Part shown: positions 18,301-28,015 of the stretch, piece by piece
Position numbering within the stretch: position 1 is the first letter of the stretch
Layout: every line of letters begins with the position of its first letter
NCBI GenBank assembly: GCA_045634545.1
Contig: JAZRAL010000052.1
Span: 16,580 to 80,579, forward strand
Direction: 5' to 3'
Length of the DNA: 64,000 bases
From: Alphaproteobacteria bacterium
GTDB taxonomy: Bacteria > Pseudomonadota > Alphaproteobacteria > RF32 > CAG-239
Program-made: the position numbers and the translations under genes
The notes under the pieces: model-generated
Seen by the model: the letters and a program-made list of their open reading frames with translations, nothing else
Database searches by the model: none
Told to the model about the DNA's origin: nothing

Positions 18301-19344
18301 CTAATCTCTCCCTTTTATTGTCCACACCAATGTTCCTTTATAATATATATTAAACACATTTCCTGACACACTTCCATCATATATTTCATAAAATAATGCG
18401 TATTTGCCATTTTCATCTAATTGCCAACCAACAGCTTTTTGAGTTGCACTATCAATAGCCCAAACCAAATTTTGCTCCTTATCTCTATAATAAAGTGCAT
18501 TTGCTCCTTTAGATACAAAACATAATTGATGCTCACCATTTACTTTAGCAACACCATTATACCCTTCTGTAGTATCATAAATAAAAAGATATCTATTAAT
18601 CTCTTCAGGTACAACTAAATTTGCATCAAAAACTATTGGCAAATATCCATTTTCAAATTTAAGCAAAATACATTTTCGTTGTTTTTCAATACTACCCAAA
18701 GCTGTACAATTAACAAACCCAACGGGCGCTCCCCAATCTTCATAAATTGTTTCATCTTCTTCCACCTCATCTTCAACCAAATCTACATAAATGGTCATAT
18801 CTTCTGTAAGCTTTACCACTCCAGATTGCATAACATACCCATCTTTATAAACCATATAAAAGACATCTGTATTTTTATAAAATTCAGCAGAACTTCGTTC
18901 ATATCCTTCAATTTTTATTATTGCATCAGAAGGTGTTGCAACAATATCGATTTTACACATCTCAACCATAGAAACTAAATCAACCACAATTTCCATATCA
19001 TCATTAACATAGCATTCACCAAATTTAGAAGCGTAACCGTCAGCTTTAACTTCATAACTAACCTTATCTCCTCTTGCAACAAAAACACTATTTCTCTCTT
19101 GTCCATCAATAATCACTATAGCATCAACTGGATTGGTAATAACCTTAAACATCACTTCTTGCTCATCTAATGTAAAACTAACAAACCTAGTTCCGCCACG
19201 CCTACGCAAACATCCTTCAGCCAATGGTATAAAATTTCTACATAATTTTGCTGTTTTATCATATTTAGCAATATCCGTACGCCCCTCTAGCCAAGGACTT
19301 AACTCACCGCCATTAAACTGCACTTTTTCAGGCTTAATACTCAT
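18301..19344 (-). CDS. tail structural protein (tail tubular A/adaptor-like) with two PEGA-like inserts
   Basis: The likely start is the ATG at 19344 with a GGAG RBS; the 33 upstream codons in the track are Cys/Phe-rich junk. Two PEGA-like repeats are present (VITNPVDAIVIIDGQERN..., IVATPSDAIIKIEGYERS...). Confidence 0.4.
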   Translation of the reverse strand: MSIKPEKVQFNGGELSPWLEGRTDIAKYDKTAKLCRNFIPLAEGCLRRRGGTRFVSFTLDEQEVMFKVITNPVDAIVIIDGQERNSVFVARGDKVSYEVKADGYASKFGECYVNDDMEIVVDLVSMVEMCKIDIVATPSDAIIKIEGYERSSAEFYKNTDVFYMVYKDGYVMQSGVVKLTEDMTIYVDLVEDEVEEDETIYEDWGAPVGFVNCTALGSIEKQRKCILLKFENGYLPIVFDANLVVPEEINRYLFIYDTTEGYNGVAKVNGEHQLCFVSKGANALYYRDKEQNLVWAIDSATQKAVGWQLDENGKYALFYEIYDGSVSGNVFNIYYKGTLVWTIKGRD

Positions 19345-19624
19345 AAGTTTTCTCCATAAACAAAAAAGGTGTCTAAATAGACACCTTAAATTACAACCAA
19401 ACAAAAATAGCGCTTTCATAAAGAAAACGCTATAAAATGACATTCAATAAAGAACAAACTCCACCACGATAACAACATTAATATCCTATAGTGTCACAAA
19501 AGTCAATACTTTTAGCCTTTTCTATTTAAAAAAAATTATCTTTTATTATCAATTCATTAAAACTAATTGTGCATATTTAACTACCATTATTGACTAATCC
19601 TTTGCAAAATATTAGCCTAAACCT

Positions 19625-21220
19625 ATGACAAATATACTAGAAAAAATCTTAAATTTTAACCTAAAAAGCCACCTGTCGTCATTGATAAAAAAGGCTAATA
19701 CCCCTTTTTTTCTTTCATTCATAACCGTATTTGTTTTATTAAATATCATATTTCTATACCATGGCACACACTTTTTATTTGGCGACCATGACTGGAAATA
19801 TCTAAAATCAGGCATTCCTCTAAATGCAGGTTTATTTGAAGGAAGATTTTCTCAATTCATTCTTGTAAACTTATTTAGCAATTCAGAAATCTACCCCATC
19901 ATAAATAATTTTCTCGGATTTATAGGTTTTTCTTTAGGTATATCAATGCTAGCCAAATACTGGCAAATACCAAACACCAAAACATCATACATCTCTTTTG
20001 GTTTATTTGTCAGCATAACTCCATACATATTGTCATTTATGTACTTTGCATTTTTAGTAATTCCCTGTTTAAGCTGGAATGCTTTTATAATCGGAGCATT
20101 ATTGCTATCCTCAAAAGAAAAAACTTTTTCCATAAAAATAACTCTAGCATCAACCACGCTACTTACTTTAGCATTAGGAGGCTACCCCCCTGTTATAAAT
20201 TTATTTTTAACAGCCCTTACAACCAAAATATTTTTAGACCTATTCTATAAATCCTCAACACTTAAAGATATAATAAAAGATTATCGCTACACTATCATCA
20301 ATTTTATACTCGCCGCTATTTTATATAAATTAATCTTACAATATTTCATAAAAACTGGCGATATAAACTCTAGCTATTACAACCTTCAAACTATTCCTTT
20401 TAGCCAATACCCATCAAAATTTATTCTTATTACTAAAGACTTATTCAAGCAGTTTTTGACAACTCTACCGTTCATAAGCTTATCCTACAAATCAACAACA
20501 CTTGCAATTGTTATATTAGCAACCATTCATCTTATATACAATATTTGCAAAACAAATCAAAAACTCTTAAAATCCCTTGCATATATTGCTATCTTCTACT
20601 CTGCCCTTGTTACATTATTTTTATCACCTTCTCTTAAAGAAACAGAGTTTTCTCCAAGAATAGACTTCTTTGGCTTGCTATATGTTTATGGTGCAACTTT
20701 AGCCATCTGCTTAAAATCTGATAAAAAATACCTAAAAAACCTATCACTCATATTTGCAGTATTTACCATATTTATTAGTACCAATTCCCTATTTGACGCA
20801 CAAAAAGTTTGGAAATTAGGATTTGATACAGAACTAAACTTATATAAACGTATAGAAAAACGTCTAAACACTAATTCCTATTTTAACAAATATGGTCACT
20901 ATATTATTGTTCAAGGAGGCTCGCCAGCATTTCGTAATCGTTTTTATCACAATCCTTACATGATAAAAAGTGATGACTTACTTGATGTTTCATATGTTCC
21001 AGGTATGAATTCAGGTGTTATGCTAAACTATTATACAAACGAAGAATATGCAGATACAACATCTTTTGTTTACACATTTAGGCCAGATACAAAAGCTAAA
21101 GAATTTTTATCCATTGCAAAACCATGGCCATCAAAAGAAAGTATTTCCGTTGGCAATTATTGGATAATGTTAATATTAAATCAATCAGGATTAAACGACT
21201 TACGCTCTCGCTACCTATAA
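19625..21220 (+). CDS. polytopic membrane protein, GtrII/GT-C-like glycosyltransferase candidate
   Basis: 531 aa with more than 10 predicted TM segments. The N-terminal loop FGDHDWKYL...GLFEGRF resembles serotype-conversion glucosyltransferases. It lies on the opposite strand inside the phage block. Confidence 0.35.
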   Translation: MTNILEKILNFNLKSHLSSLIKKANTPFFLSFITVFVLLNIIFLYHGTHFLFGDHDWKYLKSGIPLNAGLFEGRFSQFILVNLFSNSEIYPIINNFLGFIGFSLGISMLAKYWQIPNTKTSYISFGLFVSITPYILSFMYFAFLVIPCLSWNAFIIGALLLSSKEKTFSIKITLASTTLLTLALGGYPPVINLFLTALTTKIFLDLFYKSSTLKDIIKDYRYTIINFILAAILYKLILQYFIKTGDINSSYYNLQTIPFSQYPSKFILITKDLFKQFLTTLPFISLSYKSTTLAIVILATIHLIYNICKTNQKLLKSLAYIAIFYSALVTLFLSPSLKETEFSPRIDFFGLLYVYGATLAICLKSDKKYLKNLSLIFAVFTIFISTNSLFDAQKVWKLGFDTELNLYKRIEKRLNTNSYFNKYGHYIIVQGGSPAFRNRFYHNPYMIKSDDLLDVSYVPGMNSGVMLNYYTNEEYADTTSFVYTFRPDTKAKEFLSIAKPWPSKESISVGNYWIMLILNQSGLNDLRSRYL

Positions 21221-21231
21221 AGAAATAGCTC

Positions 21232-22233
21232 TTAAGAATTATCTTCTAAAAATCCAGCAATCACGCCATCAACTTCTGCTGTATCTTGATTTTTAGAAAT
21301 TCTTTTATGACAAGCTCTTCCCATCTTATCCTTTTTATCATCAGAGCTCTTCTCTATTGCTTTAATTTCATCTTCAGAAATAGATGTTAACTGCGATATA
21401 TCTGCTTTAAATGCTTTATCTAAAATATCATTAGCACTAAGACCAGATGCAAGCAACTTTTCAGCAGTCTTCTCCGCAACAGATTGCACCAAAGTTTTAC
21501 GAAACTCTAAATCAAGTGCTTCGCTCTTTCTCATTTCTTTTTTAGAGCGTTCTTCTGCCATTTTTCGTTGAAAACGAGAAAATTCAGCAGCCACAGGCCC
21601 GCCTCTTTTATAATCTGGTATAGTTACAAGATTATTTTTAATATCCATCAAAGTCCTAATACCATTATTATCAAAAGCTTTATAAATCATCCAGTCTGTA
21701 ACAACTTCTTCATTCATTGCTGCATTAATCGCATCTACAGGAACTTTAGAAAATCTAATTATAGCTTGTCCTTTAGATCCTTTATCTACAAATATATTAC
21801 TTTCAAAAAATTCTCTAGACCAACTATAAGGTGCAGAAGGTGTAACAAGCCTATATGTCACCATAATTCCAACCAATGCAGTTTTTATTTCACTTAAAGC
21901 ATGAAAACCTAAAATAAACGGATTACGTTTAACTTCCGGATAGTGAATAGCTTGTTGGCAAGAAAACAAATATAATCTATAAAACTGTCTATATGTTTCA
22001 TCAGAAACACTAGGAGTAATCTCCATAGGAATACTTATGGCTTTGTTAACAAAGTCTGCAAAAAACATTTTTCTTTTCTTGTTTTGCACCGAAGGAATAT
22101 GCCCAGCTTCTTCATCTTCACGAGCTTCAGCATCAAGTCTCATCTGTTTCCAAATAGTAACAGATAAGCTATTATCAATCTCCTCTAATTTATCTACCAA
22201 TAAGACTTCAGGTATAATTAAATCATTAGCCAT
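21232..22233 (-). CDS. hypothetical protein with a Lys/Glu-rich C-terminal third
   Basis: 333-aa ORF with no motif I can assign. Confidence 0.5.
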   Translation of the reverse strand: MANDLIIPEVLLVDKLEEIDNSLSVTIWKQMRLDAEAREDEEAGHIPSVQNKKRKMFFADFVNKAISIPMEITPSVSDETYRQFYRLYLFSCQQAIHYPEVKRNPFILGFHALSEIKTALVGIMVTYRLVTPSAPYSWSREFFESNIFVDKGSKGQAIIRFSKVPVDAINAAMNEEVVTDWMIYKAFDNNGIRTLMDIKNNLVTIPDYKRGGPVAAEFSRFQRKMAEERSKKEMRKSEALDLEFRKTLVQSVAEKTAEKLLASGLSANDILDKAFKADISQLTSISEDEIKAIEKSSDDKKDKMGRACHKRISKNQDTAEVDGVIAGFLEDNS

Positions 22234-22420
22234 AATCCCTAAACCCTCTTAACTCATATATTTATAATTCATTCTTAACATAAATTCTTACCATAAAACC
22301 CATTTCTTGTCAATATTATTTATCATTTTATATCTTTAAAACATAACATATACACCCCAAAAAAATATCCCAATAGTTTAATTATTATTGGAATATAAAA
22401 AACAAAATTTTAACCTAAAA

Positions 22421-23059
22421 TCAAATACGTTCTTTTGTTTTCTCAATTAACTCATTAAAAACTTCATCAACATTTTTACTTGCATCTATAACAACAAAAC
22501 GTTGTTCATCTTTTTTAGCCATATCAAGGTATCCCTTGCGCAATCTCTCATGAAAAGCTACATCAACATTTTCAAACCTAAGTTCTTTTGTCTCCATTTC
22601 TTGAGATTTTTTAAAGCTTCTCTCTAAACCAATTTTTACATCAACATCTAATAAAACAGTCATATCAGGCTTAAAATCGCCTGCCACAATTTGATACAAC
22701 ATATCCATAATCTTTGTATCACTAAATTTATTAGACCCATAAAATTGATATGCAATCGTTGAATCATTAAACCTATCAGAAAGCACATATTTACCTTCTT
22801 CCAAAGCGGGTTTTATAAGTTTTTCAAGATGAATACGTCTATCCGCATAAAAAAGCAAAATTTCAGTTATCTCATCAAACTTATCTTTATCACCTTCAAC
22901 CAAAAGTCGTCTAATCTCTTTACCAACCTCTGTTCCACCAGGTTCACGAGTTAAAACAACCTCTATTCCTTTAGCCTCCAAATACTCCGCAAACTTCTTC
23001 ATTTGCAAAGATTTACCGGCTCCATCCCCACCTTCAAAGGTAATAAATTTTCCCTTCAT
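22421..23059 (-). CDS. tmk: thymidylate kinase
   Basis: P-loop FITFEGGDGAGKS, the DRF motif (LSDRFNDST) and the expected length. Confidence 0.95.
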   Translation of the reverse strand: MKGKFITFEGGDGAGKSLQMKKFAEYLEAKGIEVVLTREPGGTEVGKEIRRLLVEGDKDKFDEITEILLFYADRRIHLEKLIKPALEEGKYVLSDRFNDSTIAYQFYGSNKFSDTKIMDMLYQIVAGDFKPDMTVLLDVDVKIGLERSFKKSQEMETKELRFENVDVAFHERLRKGYLDMAKKDEQRFVVIDASKNVDEVFNELIEKTKERI

Positions 23060-23062
23060 AAC

Positions 23063-24208
23063 CTACTCCGCACTAAAAAGGAAATATTTTAAATTTTCAA
23101 CAAATCGACTAAATGCACCCATTTTTGCAACACTATCTTTTGCAACTAAAGGATATTTACCAACTACTCTATCTTTATAACTAATAACAACCTCACCAAT
23201 TCTATCACCTTTATAAACAGGTGCTTTAAGAGGTGTATTATAAACAATTTTAGCCGAATATTTGTTTCTATTACTTTTCTTTACTGTTTTTACAATTTCA
23301 TTTTCAACTACTGCATCAACAGTTTCTGTTGCACCATACCAAACAGGAACCTCTGCTAAAATTTGATTTTTATTAAAGAATTTATAATTATCATAATTAG
23401 CAAAACCCCAAGTCATCATACTTTCAGTTTCTTCAAAACGTTCCTTATTACTTTCCAATCCAGCAACAACTTGAATTAAACGTCTATCACCTCTAACAAC
23501 AGATCCAGTCAAGCAATACCCTGCCTCAGAAGTATGACCTGTTTTCAAACCATCTGCACCTTTAAGAGTATACAATAAAGGATTTCTATTGCCTTGTTTA
23601 ATACCATTATAAGTAAATTCCTTTTGCTTAAAGAAGTGATAAAAATCAGGGAACTCTTTTATAATATGACGAGCAAGCTTAGCTAAATCTTCAACTGATA
23701 TCTTATGTTCTGGATGAGGAAGTCCTGTTGCATTTTCAAAATGAGCATTCTCTAGTCCCAATTTTTCAGCTGTTTCATTTAATAATTCAGCAAACTCTTC
23801 TTCACTTCCTGCAATATTTTCAGCCACCACAATACAAGCATCATTACCAGATTGAATAATAATACCTTTAATCAAATCCTCAACACTAACTTCTTGCCCT
23901 ATTTTCAAAAACATTGTTGAGCCACCGCTAGCCGCTCCACCTTTGCGCCAAGCTTTTTCACTAACTAAAAATTTATCATCAAGTGAAATTTCCCCATCAT
24001 TAATTTTAGACAATAACACATAAACTGTCATCAACTTACTCATAGATGCAGGAGCAATCATTTCTTCATGATTTTTAGTAAAAAGATACTCACCTGTATC
24101 ATAATCCATTAAAATTGCATTTTGAGCTTTTGTTTCAAACGCATTAGCTGAACTAATCGCCATAAAAGAAATACCGCAAGCCATTAAAAAGAGTTTATTT
24201 AATTTCAT
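23063..24208 (-). CDS. D-alanyl-D-alanine carboxypeptidase (S11, PBP5/6 family)
   Basis: SMSK active-site motif (PASMSKLMT), SGN (IQSGNDA), KTG (LKTGHT), and a signal peptide. Confidence 0.9.
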   Translation of the reverse strand: MKLNKLFLMACGISFMAISSANAFETKAQNAILMDYDTGEYLFTKNHEEMIAPASMSKLMTVYVLLSKINDGEISLDDKFLVSEKAWRKGGAASGGSTMFLKIGQEVSVEDLIKGIIIQSGNDACIVVAENIAGSEEEFAELLNETAEKLGLENAHFENATGLPHPEHKISVEDLAKLARHIIKEFPDFYHFFKQKEFTYNGIKQGNRNPLLYTLKGADGLKTGHTSEAGYCLTGSVVRGDRRLIQVVAGLESNKERFEETESMMTWGFANYDNYKFFNKNQILAEVPVWYGATETVDAVVENEIVKTVKKSNRNKYSAKIVYNTPLKAPVYKGDRIGEVVISYKDRVVGKYPLVAKDSVAKMGAFSRFVENLKYFLFSAE

Positions 24209-24219
24209 TTGTTTTACTC

Positions 24220-25125
24220 CTAACCTTTTACAATAGAAACATCCGCATGTCCATAATCTAACACACGATCTAAAATTTTCTCTGCTTCGCTACGACTATG
24301 ATATGCACCAAGTCTTACACGATAAACACCATCTTTACTCAAAAATGCTTCAAATATAGAAACATTACCAAATCTCTTCATACTATTAGCCATTTCCTTA
24401 GCTTTTGCATAATCAGAAAAAGCACCAACTTGTACAAAGAACATTCCTTTTTCATCAATTTTAGAAACATCACTATTAACGCTATTAGCAACTTTTACAT
24501 CTTCATTAACAACAAGAGGAGCTCTTTGGGTTTTATTATCAGCTACACTCATCTCATACTTAATAGCGTCATTAAATATTTTAGATTTATTATCTTTAGA
24601 AAGCATCGCTTCTTTTATTGCTCTACTTTCTTTTTCTAAAATCTCAACTCTAACTTTTGCCGTACCTTTATTACGATACCCCAAAAGCTCTGCTCCCTTT
24701 TGAGACACATCAATAATGCGATTCTTTACATAAGGACCTCTATCATTAACTCTTGCAATAATTGAACGACCATTTTCTAAATTAGTTACCTTAACAATAG
24801 AAGGCAAAGGAAGTGTTCTATGAGCAGCCGTAATTGCTCTCATATCATATGTTTCTCCATTTGCTGTACGTTTATTATGAAAATCATCACCATACCAAGA
24901 AGCAATACCAACTTCAGAATAATTATAGTCTTCTTTGGGAGTATAATATTGCCCCAATACCTTATAAGGATTACCAACCTTGTAATATCCACCATCAGCT
25001 TTAATAGCTTCAACTTCTTCACTTAAATTCTCATATTGAAATTCTCTTGGTTCATGCGCACAACCACTAAGCAATACAATCAAAGCACAAACCAATACTT
25101 TCAATTTAATTCTTATAATATTCAT
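24220..25125 (-). CDS. rlpA: septal ring lytic transglycosylase RlpA family lipoprotein with a SPOR domain
   Basis: Lipobox LLSGC, DPBB core (ASWYGDDFHNKRTANGETYD...RVNDRGPY) and a C-terminal SPOR-like FVQVGAFSDYAKA. Confidence 0.9.
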   Translation of the reverse strand: MNIIRIKLKVLVCALIVLLSGCAHEPREFQYENLSEEVEAIKADGGYYKVGNPYKVLGQYYTPKEDYNYSEVGIASWYGDDFHNKRTANGETYDMRAITAAHRTLPLPSIVKVTNLENGRSIIARVNDRGPYVKNRIIDVSQKGAELLGYRNKGTAKVRVEILEKESRAIKEAMLSKDNKSKIFNDAIKYEMSVADNKTQRAPLVVNEDVKVANSVNSDVSKIDEKGMFFVQVGAFSDYAKAKEMANSMKRFGNVSIFEAFLSKDGVYRVRLGAYHSRSEAEKILDRVLDYGHADVSIVKG

Positions 25126-25304
25126 AGTCTCATAACCCTATTAAAAAAACTTTTCTAAAGCTTAGTACATCAAATAATTTTGTAAAGAGCTTTTATTAAG
25201 TTATTGTACACCACTTTTATCTTTACAAAATTTCTTTTTGACAATTATAAAGTTCTTTTCTATTATACCCCTATATTTCTTAACAATTTTATAAGAGGGA
25301 AGAT

Positions 25305-26024
25305 ATGTTAAAGAAACCAAACCTATATTTTAGTATGTTTTTATTTGCTATAGTTTTAAATAGCACCAATACTTACGCATATGATACCATCAAACAAGAA
25401 GATGAAAAATTATTAAAAGATGTTTTATCTTCAGATAAAGTAAATCAAATCCATATTAAAGCAATAGATACTGAAATTGAGGTTTCTCCAGCAATTGTTT
25501 CAAAAAAAGAAATTCAAAAAGCTCCTTACATCTACCCATCCAAAGAAGACATATCTTCTTCAAGACAAGAACAAAAAGAATGGTTTGTACCAAGAACCCA
25601 AGAAATAAAAACCATGCCCTCAGCCCCAAAAGATCCTCTTATAGAAGAAATAAAAGAACAAATACACAATTGCATGGCAAATAAATCTGATGAATTAGAT
25701 GTAGAAAAATCTTTACTAAAACAAGGAAACTTCTACAACAATGTTGCTTATCTTTCTCAAACTTTTGAAGACATAAATACTTGTTATGAAAATATTGGAT
25801 ATGATATTATATCCCTTTACTATAATGACAACCAAAGAGTTCTAAATAATTTTGAAAAAAAGAAAAATTCTTTCTATGTTACAGGAACAACTCCATCATT
25901 TAAGCCTACTCACTGCAAAGAGGATTGCACATTTGATGCTGTTGTAGAAACACAACTTGATAAATTCAAAGAATTTAGAACATATCTATCAGAATTACTC
26001 GCTAATCGTCCTGGAAACATATAA
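25305..26024 (+). CDS. secreted protein with a Cys-containing DUF1311/LprI-like C-terminal region
   Basis: Signal peptide. The C-terminal TCYENIGYDIISLYYND...THCKEDCTFDAVVETQLDKFKEFRTYL follows the same pattern as the 6409 and 8180 proteins. Confidence 0.5.
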   Translation: MLKKPNLYFSMFLFAIVLNSTNTYAYDTIKQEDEKLLKDVLSSDKVNQIHIKAIDTEIEVSPAIVSKKEIQKAPYIYPSKEDISSSRQEQKEWFVPRTQEIKTMPSAPKDPLIEEIKEQIHNCMANKSDELDVEKSLLKQGNFYNNVAYLSQTFEDINTCYENIGYDIISLYYNDNQRVLNNFEKKKNSFYVTGTTPSFKPTHCKEDCTFDAVVETQLDKFKEFRTYLSELLANRPGNI

Positions 26025-26025
26025 A

Positions 26026-27066
26026 ATGCCAAACGAGATTATAAATCCCAATAAAAACACACATCTCATAGGACATGATGAAGCCATAAAATTATTTTTA
26101 ACTGCTTATAATTCAGGTTCCCTACATCATGGCTGGTTAATTACAGGACCAGAAGGTATCGGCAAAGCAACACTTGCATATAAAATTGCAAGATTCCTTC
26201 TAACAGCAGAAGAAAATAAAACCTATAACTCTCTTGATATTTCACCAACCCATCCTGTATTTGGTCAAATAGTTCAAAAATCTCATCCAGATTTCAAAGT
26301 TCTAGAAAGAGATTACACCGAAACAGATAAGAAAAAACTAATCAAAGCCATAAATTCAGGAGATACCGTAGATGAAGAACTTAAACAGTCACTTAAGCGT
26401 TCTTCTGTTATCAAAGTTGAAGATGTAAGAGATGTTGTAACTTTTTTATCAAAAAAATCTTTTAATAATAATTGGCGAGTGGTAATTGTAGATAGTGCTG
26501 ATGAATTAAATACCTCAAGTGCAAATGCTCTTTTAAAAATTTTAGAAGAGCCACCGCTAAAAAGTATTCTTTTACTATTATCACACAACCCAGGAAAACT
26601 ACTTCCAACTATTCGTTCACGTTGTGCCAAACTAGCACTACAACCTTTAAAAGAAGAAAACGTAGCATCTCTAATAAGGCGCTACCTTCCTGACCTTGAC
26701 GAACAATCTGTAAAAGGTCTTGCAAAAATTTCCAAAGGCAGTATCGGAAGAGCTATTAACTATGCAAGTAATAGTGCATTAAGCATCTATGAAGATATAA
26801 AAAAGATATGCTATTCAGGTACTAAATCAGATGGTTCTCTATTATTAGAACTAGCAAACTTTGCATCATCAGATGAAGACTGCTGGGATTTATTTAGCGA
26901 ACTAATCTGCCGTTTCATACGAGATAATATGGCAGACACTCAAAACAAAGCAAAACTATATGAAGCCTATGAAGCTATCCTCAAAATCTTAAACGAAGTT
27001 AATAACTTAAACATGGATAAAAAGCAATCAGCCCTACAAATCTTAAGCCTATTAGCAGAAGTTTAA
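26026..27066 (+). CDS. holB: DNA polymerase III subunit delta'
   Basis: HGWLITGPEGIGKATLA, NALLKILEEPP and PTIRSRC motifs. The ATG at 26026 follows the upstream stop; the track start at 25957 overlaps the previous gene. Confidence 0.88.
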   Translation: MPNEIINPNKNTHLIGHDEAIKLFLTAYNSGSLHHGWLITGPEGIGKATLAYKIARFLLTAEENKTYNSLDISPTHPVFGQIVQKSHPDFKVLERDYTETDKKKLIKAINSGDTVDEELKQSLKRSSVIKVEDVRDVVTFLSKKSFNNNWRVVIVDSADELNTSSANALLKILEEPPLKSILLLLSHNPGKLLPTIRSRCAKLALQPLKEENVASLIRRYLPDLDEQSVKGLAKISKGSIGRAINYASNSALSIYEDIKKICYSGTKSDGSLLLELANFASSDEDCWDLFSELICRFIRDNMADTQNKAKLYEAYEAILKILNEVNNLNMDKKQSALQILSLLAEV

Positions 27067-27182
27067 TATACTATCCACAACACATACCTAAATATTAAAC
27101 ATTTCTCATTTCTTCCTTGCATATTTTTTTATAAATTCGTATCATACAAAAAATATCACTCAATACCTATAGGAGAGTACAG

Positions 27183-27947
27183 ATGAAAAAAGTTTTAATA
27201 GCTACTGCAAGTGTTATTACATTAACAGCCGTAATCGGCTCTACATATTACTTAAACAAAGAAAAAATATACACCACAAAAGAAATCAAATGCGATTTTG
27301 ATGCAGGTATGTGCTATGATCTTAAAGGAAAACCTATAACAGGACGTATCAAAAACTATGATAAAGATATTTTAATTTCCGATATAGAGTACAAAGATGG
27401 TAAAGAAGACGGCGAATTAAGAATATATAAAAATGATGGTAAATTATTCCTTGAAGGCTTATATAAAGAAGGAAAACCAAACGGAGTAGTTAAAGAATAC
27501 AATGAAGATGGCTCATTACTTTCTTATGATGAATTTAAAGATGGACTATTACATGGCCGTTCAATTATCTACTTTGCTCCAAATAAAATCTTAAAAGAGT
27601 GGAACTACAATATGGGTAAAGAAACTGGTACTGGTAAGGTTTATTATCAAAATGGTAACCCTCAACTAGAAATAAATTTCACCTCAGGCGAATTAAAATA
27701 TTTCTATGAAGAAGGCTCTGTTCAAACATTTGCTCATTTTGATGACACAGGTTACAATGGTCTTTGGACAATTTACCAAAAAGACGGTTCTGTAAAAGCA
27801 GAATTAACCTATGACAAAGGCGTTGGAACAACTGGATATTGCATAAAAGAAGATGGTTCAAAACATAAATTTACACAAGAAGACTTTACTTCTTTTGCTC
27901 AAACCAATCTAACTCCTTGTGACACACCTCAAACAACCAACGAATAA
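27183..27947 (+). CDS. MORN-variant repeat protein with an N-terminal membrane anchor/signal
   Basis: Repeated YKDGKxxGxxxxYxxxG units. Confidence 0.6.
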   Translation: MKKVLIATASVITLTAVIGSTYYLNKEKIYTTKEIKCDFDAGMCYDLKGKPITGRIKNYDKDILISDIEYKDGKEDGELRIYKNDGKLFLEGLYKEGKPNGVVKEYNEDGSLLSYDEFKDGLLHGRSIIYFAPNKILKEWNYNMGKETGTGKVYYQNGNPQLEINFTSGELKYFYEEGSVQTFAHFDDTGYNGLWTIYQKDGSVKAELTYDKGVGTTGYCIKEDGSKHKFTQEDFTSFAQTNLTPCDTPQTTNE

Positions 27948-28015
27948 AATACTTTATTCTACTTGATTGTGATAAAACAAATATTATGTTACAAACATAA
28001 CATTAAGAGGAAAAA

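Larger units (their letters stand above)
8626..22233. mobile_element. podovirus-like prophage remnant or domesticated phage structural/packaging module
   Basis: Co-directional tail tube-like, fibre, TerS-like, TerL and portal genes. No capsid, replication, lysis or integrase genes recognised. Boundaries are uncertain. Confidence 0.6.

Noticed and set aside
21232-22233. Calling the 333-aa protein the missing major capsid protein
   Set aside because: The size is compatible, but I see no capsid-like sequence character and the C-terminal third is Lys/Glu-rich and probably disordered. I left it as hypothetical pending structure-based searches.
25957-26025. Long N-terminal extensions in the ORF track (holB 25957, rfbA 35445, rfbB 37661, deoB 45257, fic 62281, int 59485, TerL 12767 and others)
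   Set aside because: Several track starts are TTG/GTG codons or overlap the preceding gene. Internal ATGs with Shine-Dalgarno-like sequences give N-termini that match the conserved family starts, so I used those.
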